Assembly: GCA_035546095.1 (NCBI GenBank)
Contig: DASZXB010000073.1
Span: forward strand, 21,866 to 85,865
Direction of reading: 5' to 3'
DNA: 64,000 nt
Source of the DNA: Verrucomicrobiia bacterium
Lineage (GTDB): Bacteria > Verrucomicrobiota > Verrucomicrobiia > Limisphaerales > UBA11358
Below, in pieces: positions 55,846-64,000 of this stretch (its first letter is position 1; every line of letters begins with the position of its first letter). Under the pieces are notes generated by a model that saw only the letters and a program-made list of their open reading frames with translations, had not been told where the DNA came from and searched no databases. The translations under genes were made by a program, and so were the position numbers.

Positions 55846-56268
55846 TTATTCGCCGACGAAATGCAAGGCAATGTTCCGCGAATGTCCGCGAATACGATGT
55901 TCCCAAAGATAAATTCCCTGCCAAGTGCCGAGCGCGAGTTGTCCTTCGTGAAATGGAACGCTCAAATTCACCGCCGTCAACGCCGTGCGAACGTGCGCGG
56001 GCATATCGTCGTCGCCTTCTGACGTATGAATGAAAATCGCATCGCCGTCCGGCACGAGACGCTGAAAGAACGCTTCCAAATCGCGGCGGACATCCGGGTC
56101 GGCATTTTCCTGAATCAACAATGAAGCGGAAGTGTGCCGCAAATGAATCGTCAATAACCCTTCGCGGAATTTATTTTCGCGCACCCATCTTTCAACTTCA
56201 TCCGTGAATTCGTAAAGTCCGCGTCCGCGCGTCGAAATCGTCAATTCATGAAAAGATTGGCGCAACAT
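55846..56268 (-). CDS. YjbQ/UPF0047 family protein (secondary thiamine-phosphate synthase type)
   Basis: 'GLLTIHLRHTSASLLIQENADPDV..DLE.FF..LVP' and 'GTWQGIYLWEHR'. Confidence 0.85.
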   Translation of the reverse strand: MLRQSFHELTISTRGRGLYEFTDEVERWVRENKFREGLLTIHLRHTSASLLIQENADPDVRRDLEAFFQRLVPDGDAIFIHTSEGDDDMPAHVRTALTAVNLSVPFHEGQLALGTWQGIYLWEHRIRGHSRNIALHFVGE

Positions 56269-56313
56269 TTTGATTTATTTGGGATTATGTCGTCCACAAA
56301 CCATACGATAATT

Positions 56314-56353
56314 CCCTCTCCCCGTCCAAGCGGGAGAGGGTCAGGGTGAGGGG
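56314..56353. repeat. GC-rich REP-like hairpin element
   Basis: CCCTCTCCC / GGGAGAGGG form a 9-bp stem (56314-56322 / 56332-56340), followed by TCAGGGTGAGGGG. A related CCTCACCCC lies at 56382-56390. Confidence 0.45.
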
Positions 56354-56383
56354 TTCGTCATTTGTTCTTGAAATCAAAGCTCC

Positions 56384-56842
56384 TCACCCCAGCCCCAACT
56401 TCTGCTGGTTTTTGCACAATTCTACGGAAGATGGAGTGTTGGAATAGGTTATGTCAATCCTGCGGTCGCCGATGACGATTTTTTCGATGAGAGCTTCGAC
56501 AATCATCCGCCTCTCCGGCGAGGGCAAATCCGGCCAGCGTTCGTGAAGCGAATGAGGCTCGTGCAACACATCATCGGCGGACAGGCGGTTGACGCGCAGG
56601 AAATCCACCCTCGCCTCCAATTCGGGCAATTCGGTTTCCAACTGCTTCTTACGCTGTTCGAGCGGGGCGTAGATGTCCTTGAAGCCGTCGCCCGAAATCT
56701 GTTGGTTCAAATATAACTGGTGCGTCTGGCGCATCTCCTCGCGCACTTTCTGCACCTCGCGTTTGAGGATTTCGAGCAGGGCAGACTTTTCGGCAAGGTG
56801 GCGGTCGGCTTCCTGCAAGTGGCGGGCAAGGCATTTGGCGGT
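56384..56842 (-). pseudogene. 5'-truncated large serine recombinase remnant (C-terminal coiled-coil part only)
   Basis: '...ILKREVQKVREEM...YAPLEQRKKQLETELPELEARVDFL...ERWPDLPSPERRMIVEALIEKIVIG' resembles the C-terminal third of large serine recombinases. An in-frame stop lies at 56843-56845. No resolvase catalytic domain or zinc ribbon is present upstream. Confidence 0.55.
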
Positions 56843-57038
56843 TCAGTTGGATTGTAGGTTACGCTTTCACTTGGTTCAGCAGCCGAAAAGCCAGTCCAGC
56901 GTCTATTTTTCGCGAATTTTCACTGGCGCACTTCGGTATTGGTTGGCGTGTCGAGTTCAATTCTGGGAATCACGTTTAGGATTGATATGGCGCAGGGCAT
57001 GAATTACTAGTGGAATCACCATCAGCCTATTGTCACAT

Positions 57039-60000
57039 ATGCAAGTCATTCGAGATATTTGCCCCGTCCGTTTGTGCGTGTGGTGGCTGTTGTTGTTTCA
57101 ATTTCTTATCCACGCCTCGGCGGCTGATGCCACCTGGTCCATGCGCTCCTGGCAGGCCAGCGAAGGTTTGCCGGACGACACGGTGGTGGGCGTGGGACAG
57201 ACCCCTGATGGATTTTTATGGGTAGCCACCCGCGAAGGCCTGGTCCGTTTTGATGGACAACATTTCCGCGAATACCTGTTGGATACCGGCACGGATATTC
57301 CGGCTAGTTCGTTAGAAGCGATGCTGGTGGACAAACGCGGGCGGTTATGGATCGCCAAGACCGGCGGCATATTGCTCTGCGTGGATGAAGGTAGCTTGAA
57401 GAATTTCACCTTGTCGGAAGCAATGCGGAATTTGCAGTGCATGTCCATAACTGAAGACAACGATGGGGCGATCTGGATGACTTTCACCGGCGGCAAAATC
57501 ATCCGCTTTCAGGAGGGTAAGGAGCGAGACCTGACGGATCAGGATGGACTGCTACCCGGCGCGGGCGTCAGATTGTGCTGCGATGACAAGGGACAGATCT
57601 GGATTATCAAGGCCGGACAGTTGGGGGTGTTCCGGCAGGGCAAATTTGTTTCTTTGCAGCCGGTGGCCGGAACTACGATGCGGATCGGCGCCTCGCATTC
57701 CGGCGGCATCTGGATATGTGCTGACGATGTCCTGTATAAATTCAGTGAAGCAGGCGGATTGGTGGAATGCGGCCGGTTGCCCAGGTCTTCGCCGGAGGTG
57801 AAACCCACCGACGTTTTTGAGGACCGGAGCGGTGCCGTGTGGATCGGCACGGAGCAGGCCGGGTTGTTTCGTTTCAACGACGGCGGCTTTACCTACGTAG
57901 AGACTTCGCACCATGAAATCTGGCCCGTCACCGAGGATCGCGAGGGAAATATCTGGGTCGGCACACACGGCGGCGGCTTAAACCGCCTGCGGCCGAGCGC
58001 GATGGACTTGGAGGAGGTCACTTCCTCGGTCGATGGCGACAGCGCGCAATCCATTTGCCAAGCTAATAACGGCGGTCTCTGGGCGGCAACGCGCGGCGGA
58101 ACACTGGTCCGGCGACAGGCGGACGGCGATTGGGAGCCGGCCACGAGCAACACCGGTTGGCCGGGCATAAAGGTCAATTGTGTTGCCGCCGATCCAGCAG
58201 GCGGCCTGTGGCTGGGGGCGAAGGGAGCCGGATTGATCTCCTGGCGGCCGGGTGAAACGAACTGGACCAAAATCGAAGGCACGGGCCAGTCTGGCGGTTT
58301 TGCGCGGGCATTGCTGGCCACAGTGGCCGACGAGGTATGGATCGGGACCGAACGCCCGAATATGCTGCAACGATTGAGCCATGGGGTGCTCCAAAATTTC
58401 CCGCTACCGACGAACTCCGGCCCCGTTTGTTGCATGGCGCGGGATGCGGCGGGAAATGTCTGGGCCGCCACTATCAATGGCCGGCTGCTGCGGGTGAGCC
58501 AGGACAAAATTTTTGACGAGACGACGAAGACCCTGCCGGTTCCGATGGCCATTGAAAGCATGGCGGCGACGGCGGACGGGAGCTTGTGGATCGGCTACGG
58601 GCGTAAAGGACTTGGCCGGTTGAAGAACGGCCTGTTTACGCATGTGAGCACAGAACAAGGGCTTTTTGACGATCATATTTTGCAGATTGTTCCGGACGGA
58701 AAAGGACGGCTCTGGCTGGCCGGCAACCAAATAATTTTTTTTATATTGGAAAACGAATTTGACGATGTGGCCGCCGGTCGCAGCCCGGCGTTGTCGTCGG
58801 TGGTGGTGGAATCGGACGACGGGGCAAAAAATTTGCAGACTAGCCGTGGATTCTGGCCAGGGGCATTGCGTACCCGCAGCGGCCAGATAATAGTTCCCAA
58901 AGCCAACGGCTTTGCGGTGGTGCATGAAATGAAATTGTCCGCCGGACCGCCGCCATTGGTGGTGATCGACCGGGTGGTGGTGGATGGCCATACCGTGGCC
59001 GCCTACGATATCGTCGATTCCGCCGACAAAATGATCCGGTTGCGGCCATTGGAACCAGACCGGCCGGCATCCGCGGTGCAGTTGCCGCCCGGCCCGGAAC
59101 AGGTGCGCGTGGAATATACTTCGCCCGCATTCGGCGACCTGTACAACACCCGGTTCAAATACCGCCTGCACGGACTGGATGAGAAATGGGTGGATGCTGG
59201 AGATCAGCGCGCCGTCACCTATCCGAAACTTTCCCCGGGGAATTATCAATTCCAAGTGATGGCTCGCCATGCCGACGGCAGTTGGAGCCGGGCGGCGGCA
59301 CTTGACCTGACTGTTTTGCCAGCCTTCTGGCAGACGTGGTGGTTCCGGGTATTGATGGCGGTTTTGGTGCTGATAGTGGTGGCGCAGACGGCGCGCACAC
59401 TTGAGAAACGTCGCATCCAGCTCCGCCTGGAACAGGCCGAACGCGAACATGCTCTCGAACGCGAACGCACCCGCATCGCCAAGGATATCCACGACGACCT
59501 GGGGGCGAATCTGACGGAAATCAGCCTGCTCAGCGAAATCGCCCAAAGCGCAAACGCGGCCTCGCACGAGGTCCAGACGGATGTCCGGCAAATCGGGGAA
59601 AAGGCGCGGGCGTTGACCGTCCTGATGTCGGAAATCGTCTGGGCGGTGAATCCGCGCAATGATACTCTTGAAAGTTTCGTCACGTACGTCTGCAATTTCG
59701 CCGAGGATTTTCTGAAACGGGGCGGCATCCGTTGCCGGTTGGATGTGCCGGCGCATCTGCCAGGCTCGGTGGTCACCTCGGAGTTTCGCCACAACCTGTT
59801 TCTCGTGGTCAAGGAGGCCTTGAACAATGTCGTGAAATATGCCCAGGCTTCGGAGGTGCAGATCCGTTTCGGCCTAGAACCGGATGGTTTCAAGGTGACC
59901 ATCACCGACAACGGCCGGGGGATCGATATTTTGCCGGGGCAATCCGAAATGGAACGGCGGAAGACTGGAAGAAATAACGGCCTGATTAACATGCGCGAAC

Positions 60001-60101
60001 GGGTCGAGCAATTGGGGGGAAATTTTCAATTGATCAGCCAGCCCGGCGTTGGCACCAAGGTGGAGTTCAGCGTGCCATACGTTCGCCATTTCCGTAACTG
60101 A
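57039..60101 (+). CDS. sensor histidine kinase with beta-propeller/Y_Y_Y sensor (paralogue of 11557-14592)
   Basis: Same architecture as the first kinase: 'FKYRLHGLDEKW', 'FWQTWWFRVLMAV', 'ERTRIAKDIHDDLGANL' and 'ITDNGRGI'. Visibly G+C-richer than the window average. Confidence 0.9.
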   Translation: MQVIRDICPVRLCVWWLLLFQFLIHASAADATWSMRSWQASEGLPDDTVVGVGQTPDGFLWVATREGLVRFDGQHFREYLLDTGTDIPASSLEAMLVDKRGRLWIAKTGGILLCVDEGSLKNFTLSEAMRNLQCMSITEDNDGAIWMTFTGGKIIRFQEGKERDLTDQDGLLPGAGVRLCCDDKGQIWIIKAGQLGVFRQGKFVSLQPVAGTTMRIGASHSGGIWICADDVLYKFSEAGGLVECGRLPRSSPEVKPTDVFEDRSGAVWIGTEQAGLFRFNDGGFTYVETSHHEIWPVTEDREGNIWVGTHGGGLNRLRPSAMDLEEVTSSVDGDSAQSICQANNGGLWAATRGGTLVRRQADGDWEPATSNTGWPGIKVNCVAADPAGGLWLGAKGAGLISWRPGETNWTKIEGTGQSGGFARALLATVADEVWIGTERPNMLQRLSHGVLQNFPLPTNSGPVCCMARDAAGNVWAATINGRLLRVSQDKIFDETTKTLPVPMAIESMAATADGSLWIGYGRKGLGRLKNGLFTHVSTEQGLFDDHILQIVPDGKGRLWLAGNQIIFFILENEFDDVAAGRSPALSSVVVESDDGAKNLQTSRGFWPGALRTRSGQIIVPKANGFAVVHEMKLSAGPPPLVVIDRVVVDGHTVAAYDIVDSADKMIRLRPLEPDRPASAVQLPPGPEQVRVEYTSPAFGDLYNTRFKYRLHGLDEKWVDAGDQRAVTYPKLSPGNYQFQVMARHADGSWSRAAALDLTVLPAFWQTWWFRVLMAVLVLIVVAQTARTLEKRRIQLRLEQAEREHALERERTRIAKDIHDDLGANLTEISLLSEIAQSANAASHEVQTDVRQIGEKARALTVLMSEIVWAVNPRNDTLESFVTYVCNFAEDFLKRGGIRCRLDVPAHLPGSVVTSEFRHNLFLVVKEALNNVVKYAQASEVQIRFGLEPDGFKVTITDNGRGIDILPGQSEMERRKTGRNNGLINMRERVEQLGGNFQLISQPGVGTKVEFSVPYVRHFRN

Positions 60102-60228
60102 CCCGTGCCCGCAGCGGGTATATCATTTGACCGACTGGCCCGTGGCTGCCGGGGCGCGATAGACTGCGCCAATGATCACCGTCGGCGACATAACCACTGC
60201 GACAATTGTTAATTTAGAGGGATTGGAA

Positions 60229-60855
60229 ATGGATGTGAAAGTTTCCATCGTCGAGGACGACCCGGGCATCCGGGCCGGCTTGGTGCGTCTTTTGCAGCGC
60301 ACCGCAGGCTTCAAGTGCTTGGGCAGCTATCCCAATGCGGAGGTCGCTATGCAGGAAATCGCCCGGAACAAACCAGACGTGGTATTGATGGACATCAATC
60401 TGCCCGGTATGGATGGCGTGGAGTGCGTGCGTCAGTTGAAGTTGCAGCAGCCTTCGCTTCAGGTCTTGATGCTCACCGTCTATGACGATCCACAACGGAT
60501 TTTCGAGGCACTGGCCTCCGGTGCGACCGGCTATCTGATGAAACACACGCCGCCGCCAGAATTGATCGAGGCGATTCGGGACATAAGTCAGGGCGGCGCG
60601 CCCATGAACAGCCAGATTGCGCGCCGGGTGGTCGAGTCTTTTCAGAAAAATGTGCCCGCGCAGGAAATGGAACATCTTTCCCCGCGCGAAAAGGAAATTT
60701 TGGAATTGCTGGCGCAGGGGTATCTCATCAAGGAAATCGCCGATAAAATTGGCATCGGTTTTGGAACGGTCCGCAGCCACATCCGGCACATTTACGAAAA
60801 ACTGCATGTCCGTTCCCGCGCCCAGGCCGTGGCGCGGCTTTACAGCAAGTCCTGA
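60229..60855 (+). CDS. NarL/LuxR-family response regulator (paralogue of 10929-11555)
   Basis: 'VSIVEDDPGIRAGL...VVLMDINLPGMDGVECVRQLK' plus a LuxR helix-turn-helix 'LSPREKEILELLAQGYLIKEIADKI'. Confidence 0.9.
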   Translation: MDVKVSIVEDDPGIRAGLVRLLQRTAGFKCLGSYPNAEVAMQEIARNKPDVVLMDINLPGMDGVECVRQLKLQQPSLQVLMLTVYDDPQRIFEALASGATGYLMKHTPPPELIEAIRDISQGGAPMNSQIARRVVESFQKNVPAQEMEHLSPREKEILELLAQGYLIKEIADKIGIGFGTVRSHIRHIYEKLHVRSRAQAVARLYSKS

Positions 60856-61001
60856 CAAAGGGTACGGCATTTGTCCGGCCCGGCGATTGTCGCCTTGCCG
60901 ACGAGCAACTTTCTAAAGGTCCATTACTGATCAATCAACCATGAGCGACACGAGCATGTGAATGGCAATTAAAGATTTGTCCCTCCAACTAAAAAATCAA
61001 A

Positions 61002-62102
61002 ATGAAAAAAATTACGAACCTAATCAAACCCGGTCTCATATCGGTCTCCCTTTTCCTGATGGCCCTGCCGGTTTGGGCAGATGAATCATTTGGCACTAGT
61101 CTTGGCGGGCTATCGATGGTGGATACGCAGGCAGAGTCGCGTTCCATCAGCGCGGAAAATTTCACGGGCGCCAAGGGACAAGGCGGGATGGCCATTCATG
61201 GTATCAGTCAATTTGCCGCCGCGGAACTAGGACAGACCTGGAAGGTGTCGCCCGCGGTGGGAATCGGACCGCACTCGACTTTCGATCTGGCGGACATTTC
61301 AGGGCCGGGATGTATCAATCACATTTGGATGACACCCAGCGGCGATTGGAGCGCGATCATGATCCGCATCTATTGGGATGGCGAAACCAATGCCGCCGTC
61401 GAGTGTCCCTTGGGAGCTTTTTTTGCCTCCGGCTGGAACAAATACAGCCAGATAAACTCGTTGCCGGTGTGCGTGAACCCCGGCAGCGGGCTGAATTGTT
61501 ATTGGTCTATGCCGTTTCGCAAGCGGGCGCATATCACGATCGAGAACAAGGCGGATGCCGGCATCTTATTGTTCTATCAGGTGGATTATACCTTGGCCAA
61601 GGTCCCGAAAAATGCCGGCTATTTTCATGCCCGATTCCATTCCGAAACCCCGCTCAAATCCCCCGGAACCTACACCATTCTGGATAATGTGCGGGGCGAA
61701 GGCCAGTACGTCGGTACTTACATAGCGATCAAAGTCCACAATTCCGGATGGTGGGGCGAAGGAGAGATAAAATTTTTCATGGATGGCGACGACAAATTTC
61801 CCACCATCTGCGGCACCGGCACGGAAGATTATTTTTGCGGTTCATACGACTTCCACAATTACGCGACCGGAAAATACCAGAAATTTTCCACGCCTTATAG
61901 CGGCCTCGCCCAGGTGCTCCCGCCCGATCAGATCTATCAACCGGAGCAATGTTTCGGACTTTACCGCTGGCACATCACCGACCCCATCCGGTTCCACAAG
62001 GAACTGAAGGTCACGATCCAGGACTTGGGTTGGAAATCTGACAAACATTACAGGCTGCTGCAGGACGACATTTCTTCCGTGGCATTTTGGTATCAGAAAT
62101 AA
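61002..62102 (+). CDS. DUF2961 / glycoside hydrolase family 172-like secreted protein
   Basis: Signal peptide, 'INHIWMT', 'IRIYWDGE', 'NCYWSMPF' and 'WWGEGEIKFFMDGD...GTGTEDYF' are typical of DUF2961. Confidence 0.85.
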   Translation: MKKITNLIKPGLISVSLFLMALPVWADESFGTSLGGLSMVDTQAESRSISAENFTGAKGQGGMAIHGISQFAAAELGQTWKVSPAVGIGPHSTFDLADISGPGCINHIWMTPSGDWSAIMIRIYWDGETNAAVECPLGAFFASGWNKYSQINSLPVCVNPGSGLNCYWSMPFRKRAHITIENKADAGILLFYQVDYTLAKVPKNAGYFHARFHSETPLKSPGTYTILDNVRGEGQYVGTYIAIKVHNSGWWGEGEIKFFMDGDDKFPTICGTGTEDYFCGSYDFHNYATGKYQKFSTPYSGLAQVLPPDQIYQPEQCFGLYRWHITDPIRFHKELKVTIQDLGWKSDKHYRLLQDDISSVAFWYQK

Positions 62103-62135
62103 CCCAGCTATCGAATTTCAAGCAGTTTCATCGTC

Positions 62136-62174
62136 GGCCCCGGCTTGAAAAATCGCAAGCCGGGGCCAATTTTT
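62136..62174 (+). terminator. intrinsic terminator after the DUF2961 gene
   Basis: GGCCCCGGCTTG / CAAGCCGGGGCC form a perfect 12-bp stem with an 8-nt loop, followed by AATTTTT. Confidence 0.75.
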
Positions 62175-62295
62175 CGTTCCATCCGGCAAAACGGCAGCCG
62201 TCAATTTTTGGCCCAAATTCCATCTCCGGCGGACCGGTATATCATTTGAGAGAGGTGACAAAAAAGAAATGAACTATAGAATTTTTACATGACTC

Positions 62296-62325
62296 CAAAC
62301 AACCTCAAACAACCTCAAACAAACT
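62296..62325 (+). repeat. three tandem CA-rich decamers (CAAACAACCT x2, CAAACAAACT) in a 5' leader
   Basis: Read directly from the sequence. The repeat ends 6 nt before ATG 62332. Confidence 0.9.
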
Positions 62326-62331
62326 AAAACT

Positions 62332-63468
62332 ATGAAAAAAACATCTGACTTATTTCAAATTGGACTGGTAGCCATTGGCTTGATGGTTTCATCAAACCTG
62401 CATGCCGCACCGGTCCAATTATCCAATACCTGGCAAGCTTTTGACCCCGCGGGATTGCTAACCTTGTCCGGACAAAGCAGCCAGGGGTTCACCGCAACCA
62501 TTGCCACCAACACGAGTCCGCTCGGTAATGCGGCGCTGTCACGGATTTTCCAGACGTTTTCTGACGTACCTTTTACCAACATTGGAACCAGTGTTGAGGT
62601 GTCATTTGATGTGATATTCAATGACGTTGCCAATGTTGGGGACACAACTTGGCGATTTGGCTTGTGCAACACCAATGTCAACGAACTTATTTCACCCATG
62701 ATTGACACAGGCCCTCCAGCCGGGACAAGTATGCGCAGCCGCATGGGAAATCGCGGAGTAACGAAACCTGGCCCCATTACTTTGGATCCGGACAATCCGG
62801 GGAACTTCGAGGTGACCAATTGGAATAACGGATTCATTTTAAGCTTTAATCTCGCCGGTGATTTGGCGCTCGGCACGGCTATATTTTCTCACAATAGTGT
62901 TAACGGAGATATGGTTGGCCCCAATAACATTGGACTTGGCCAATCCGGTTATTTGTCCACGGTTCAACATTTCCGTTACTCGGTGGAACGAATCCCCGGT
63001 CAGTTGCTGATGGCTTGTGTTTGGCAGAACACATACAACGGTGTCGCAGACTTTGAATCAATCTGTGGAGAATATGACGAGTCCAACAGCACTAATACCC
63101 CGGTGGATTGGGCTCAAGTCAACGCTTTTGCCTTCTGTTGCACGGGTTCCAGCTTGTTTGCTGCGGGCAGTGGAAGTTACACAATTACCAACTTGACGAT
63201 TTCAACTGGATACCCAATCTCCAATGTCACGCGTGACCCGAATTCCGGCGACGTTGCGTTGACTTGGGAAACGACGCCTTACGACAGTGAAATGGGTGTA
63301 AATTATAGTGTGCAATATTCCACCGACTTGGTTTCGTGGACGACGCTCGCAACGTTGCCCGGTGAAGACCAAACCGATGCCGCGACATGGGGATATTGGG
63401 CAAGTTACACAGATTCAGCACCTGCGGATCAAATGCGCTTCTATCGCATTCAAAGAGTGTATCCGTGA
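62332..63468 (+). CDS. secreted hypothetical protein with a C-terminal beta-sandwich-like domain
   Basis: Signal peptide 'GLVAIGLMVSSNLHA'. The C-terminus 'VALTWETTP...YSVQYSTDLVSWTTLATL...FYRIQRV' resembles FN3-type domains. Confidence 0.6.
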   Translation: MKKTSDLFQIGLVAIGLMVSSNLHAAPVQLSNTWQAFDPAGLLTLSGQSSQGFTATIATNTSPLGNAALSRIFQTFSDVPFTNIGTSVEVSFDVIFNDVANVGDTTWRFGLCNTNVNELISPMIDTGPPAGTSMRSRMGNRGVTKPGPITLDPDNPGNFEVTNWNNGFILSFNLAGDLALGTAIFSHNSVNGDMVGPNNIGLGQSGYLSTVQHFRYSVERIPGQLLMACVWQNTYNGVADFESICGEYDESNSTNTPVDWAQVNAFAFCCTGSSLFAAGSGSYTITNLTISTGYPISNVTRDPNSGDVALTWETTPYDSEMGVNYSVQYSTDLVSWTTLATLPGEDQTDAATWGYWASYTDSAPADQMRFYRIQRVYP

Positions 63469-63503
63469 TTTGGATCTAAGAAAATCATTCGCATAAATGC
63501 GTC

Positions 63504-64000
63504 ATGTTTCTTGATTCATTTAATTCGTCTTCCCAAATGCCTGGCAATTCTGACAAGAGCGTTGGAATTGCCAGGGCGTTTACTTTAATCGAATTGCTGG
63601 TCGTCATTGCCATCATTGCCATTTTGGCGGCGATGCTTTTGCCGGCCTTGGCGAAAGCCAAACAAAGGGCGTGGTCGGCTAATTGCTTGTCTAATCTTCA
63701 CCAGCTTGGAATTGCGGAGGTTTTATATCTCAACGACAACAACGATGCTTTTCCGTTTAGCAAGAATGGCTGGCCAACTTTGCCGTTTGTAGATATCTTG
63801 AATCTGATCAACTCTTATGTGAGTACAAACAGCCGGACCATATATCGGTGTCCGGCTGACCAAGGTCTTGGATGGAACATTCAATGGGCCGAGACTACCG
63901 GGTATATTTCAACTAATGCGCTGCCTTTTCCTTGTTCTTACATCGGGTCCTATGCCCAATTTTATGATAATGATACAGTCACCACGCCCACCCAGCGACA
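63504..64000 (+). CDS. prepilin-type N-terminal cleavage/methylation domain protein (DUF1559-like), 3' end outside window
   Basis: '[32 protein letters not shown]...C.SNLHQLG'. The frame is open to the window end, so the ORF is absent from the supplied track. An alternative ATG lies at 63537. Confidence 0.8.
   Translation, partial: MFLDSFNSSSQMPGNSDKSVGIARAFTLIELLVVIAIIAILAAMLLPALAKAKQRAWSANCLSNLHQLGIAEVLYLNDNNDAFPFSKNGWPTLPFVDILNLINSYVSTNSRTIYRCPADQGLGWNIQWAETTGYISTNALPFPCSYIGSYAQFYDNDTVTTPTQR

Noticed and set aside
58404-59792. 462-aa minus-strand ORF
   Set aside because: It is antisense to the G+C-rich sensor kinase gene. The product is Arg/His/Pro-rich with no motifs.
1-64000. Search for tRNA, rRNA, tmRNA, CRISPR arrays, and intact transposases or integrases
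   Set aside because: I saw no T-loop/acceptor-type sequences in the intergenic gaps and no regularly spaced direct repeats. I saw no transposase-like ORF either. The only recombinase signal is the truncated fragment at 56384-56842.

Overview
The window is a roughly 50% G+C chromosomal segment from a PVC-superphylum bacterium, most likely Verrucomicrobiota. That placement is an inference from gene content: a DUF1559-style prepilin protein, a Minf_1886-like protein, GxxExxY cassettes and an alternative complex III. Most of the window is housekeeping (lpxB, phoH-ybeY, recO, proS, maf, aroK, queG, ppdK). It also holds one roughly 11 kb translationally coupled respiratory operon, actABCDEF followed by cbb3-like genes. 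Three NarL-type two-component pairs and an AraC/EfeO-like/FTR1/OprB iron-uptake cluster are present. Several small accessory islets interrupt this backbone. I found no rRNA, tRNA or CRISPR array. The main findings, in order of interest:

- **His-less CcoN:** an intact CcoN-like gene, coupled to the ACIII operon, has no histidine at any canonical heme or CuB ligand position.
- **Restriction-modification pair:** a Dam-class methyltransferase sits next to an unclassified 434-aa PD-(D/E)XK candidate. Five GATC sites lie in the 30 bp just upstream, and I counted only one GATC inside the two genes.
- **GxxExxY cassette:** the gene is enclosed by a perfect 31-bp inverted repeat made of CACAGAT units. 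A cargo-less hairpin of the same design lies downstream of lpxB.
- **HNH nuclease:** a McrA-type HNH nuclease with an unassigned N-terminal domain is wedged into the lipid A operon.
- **Insertion in queG:** a palindromic repeat is inserted in frame.
- **Possible acquired block:** a serine-recombinase remnant sits at the edge of a G+C-richer sensor kinase/regulator/GH172 segment.

All homology calls come from motif recognition by eye and none from database searches.
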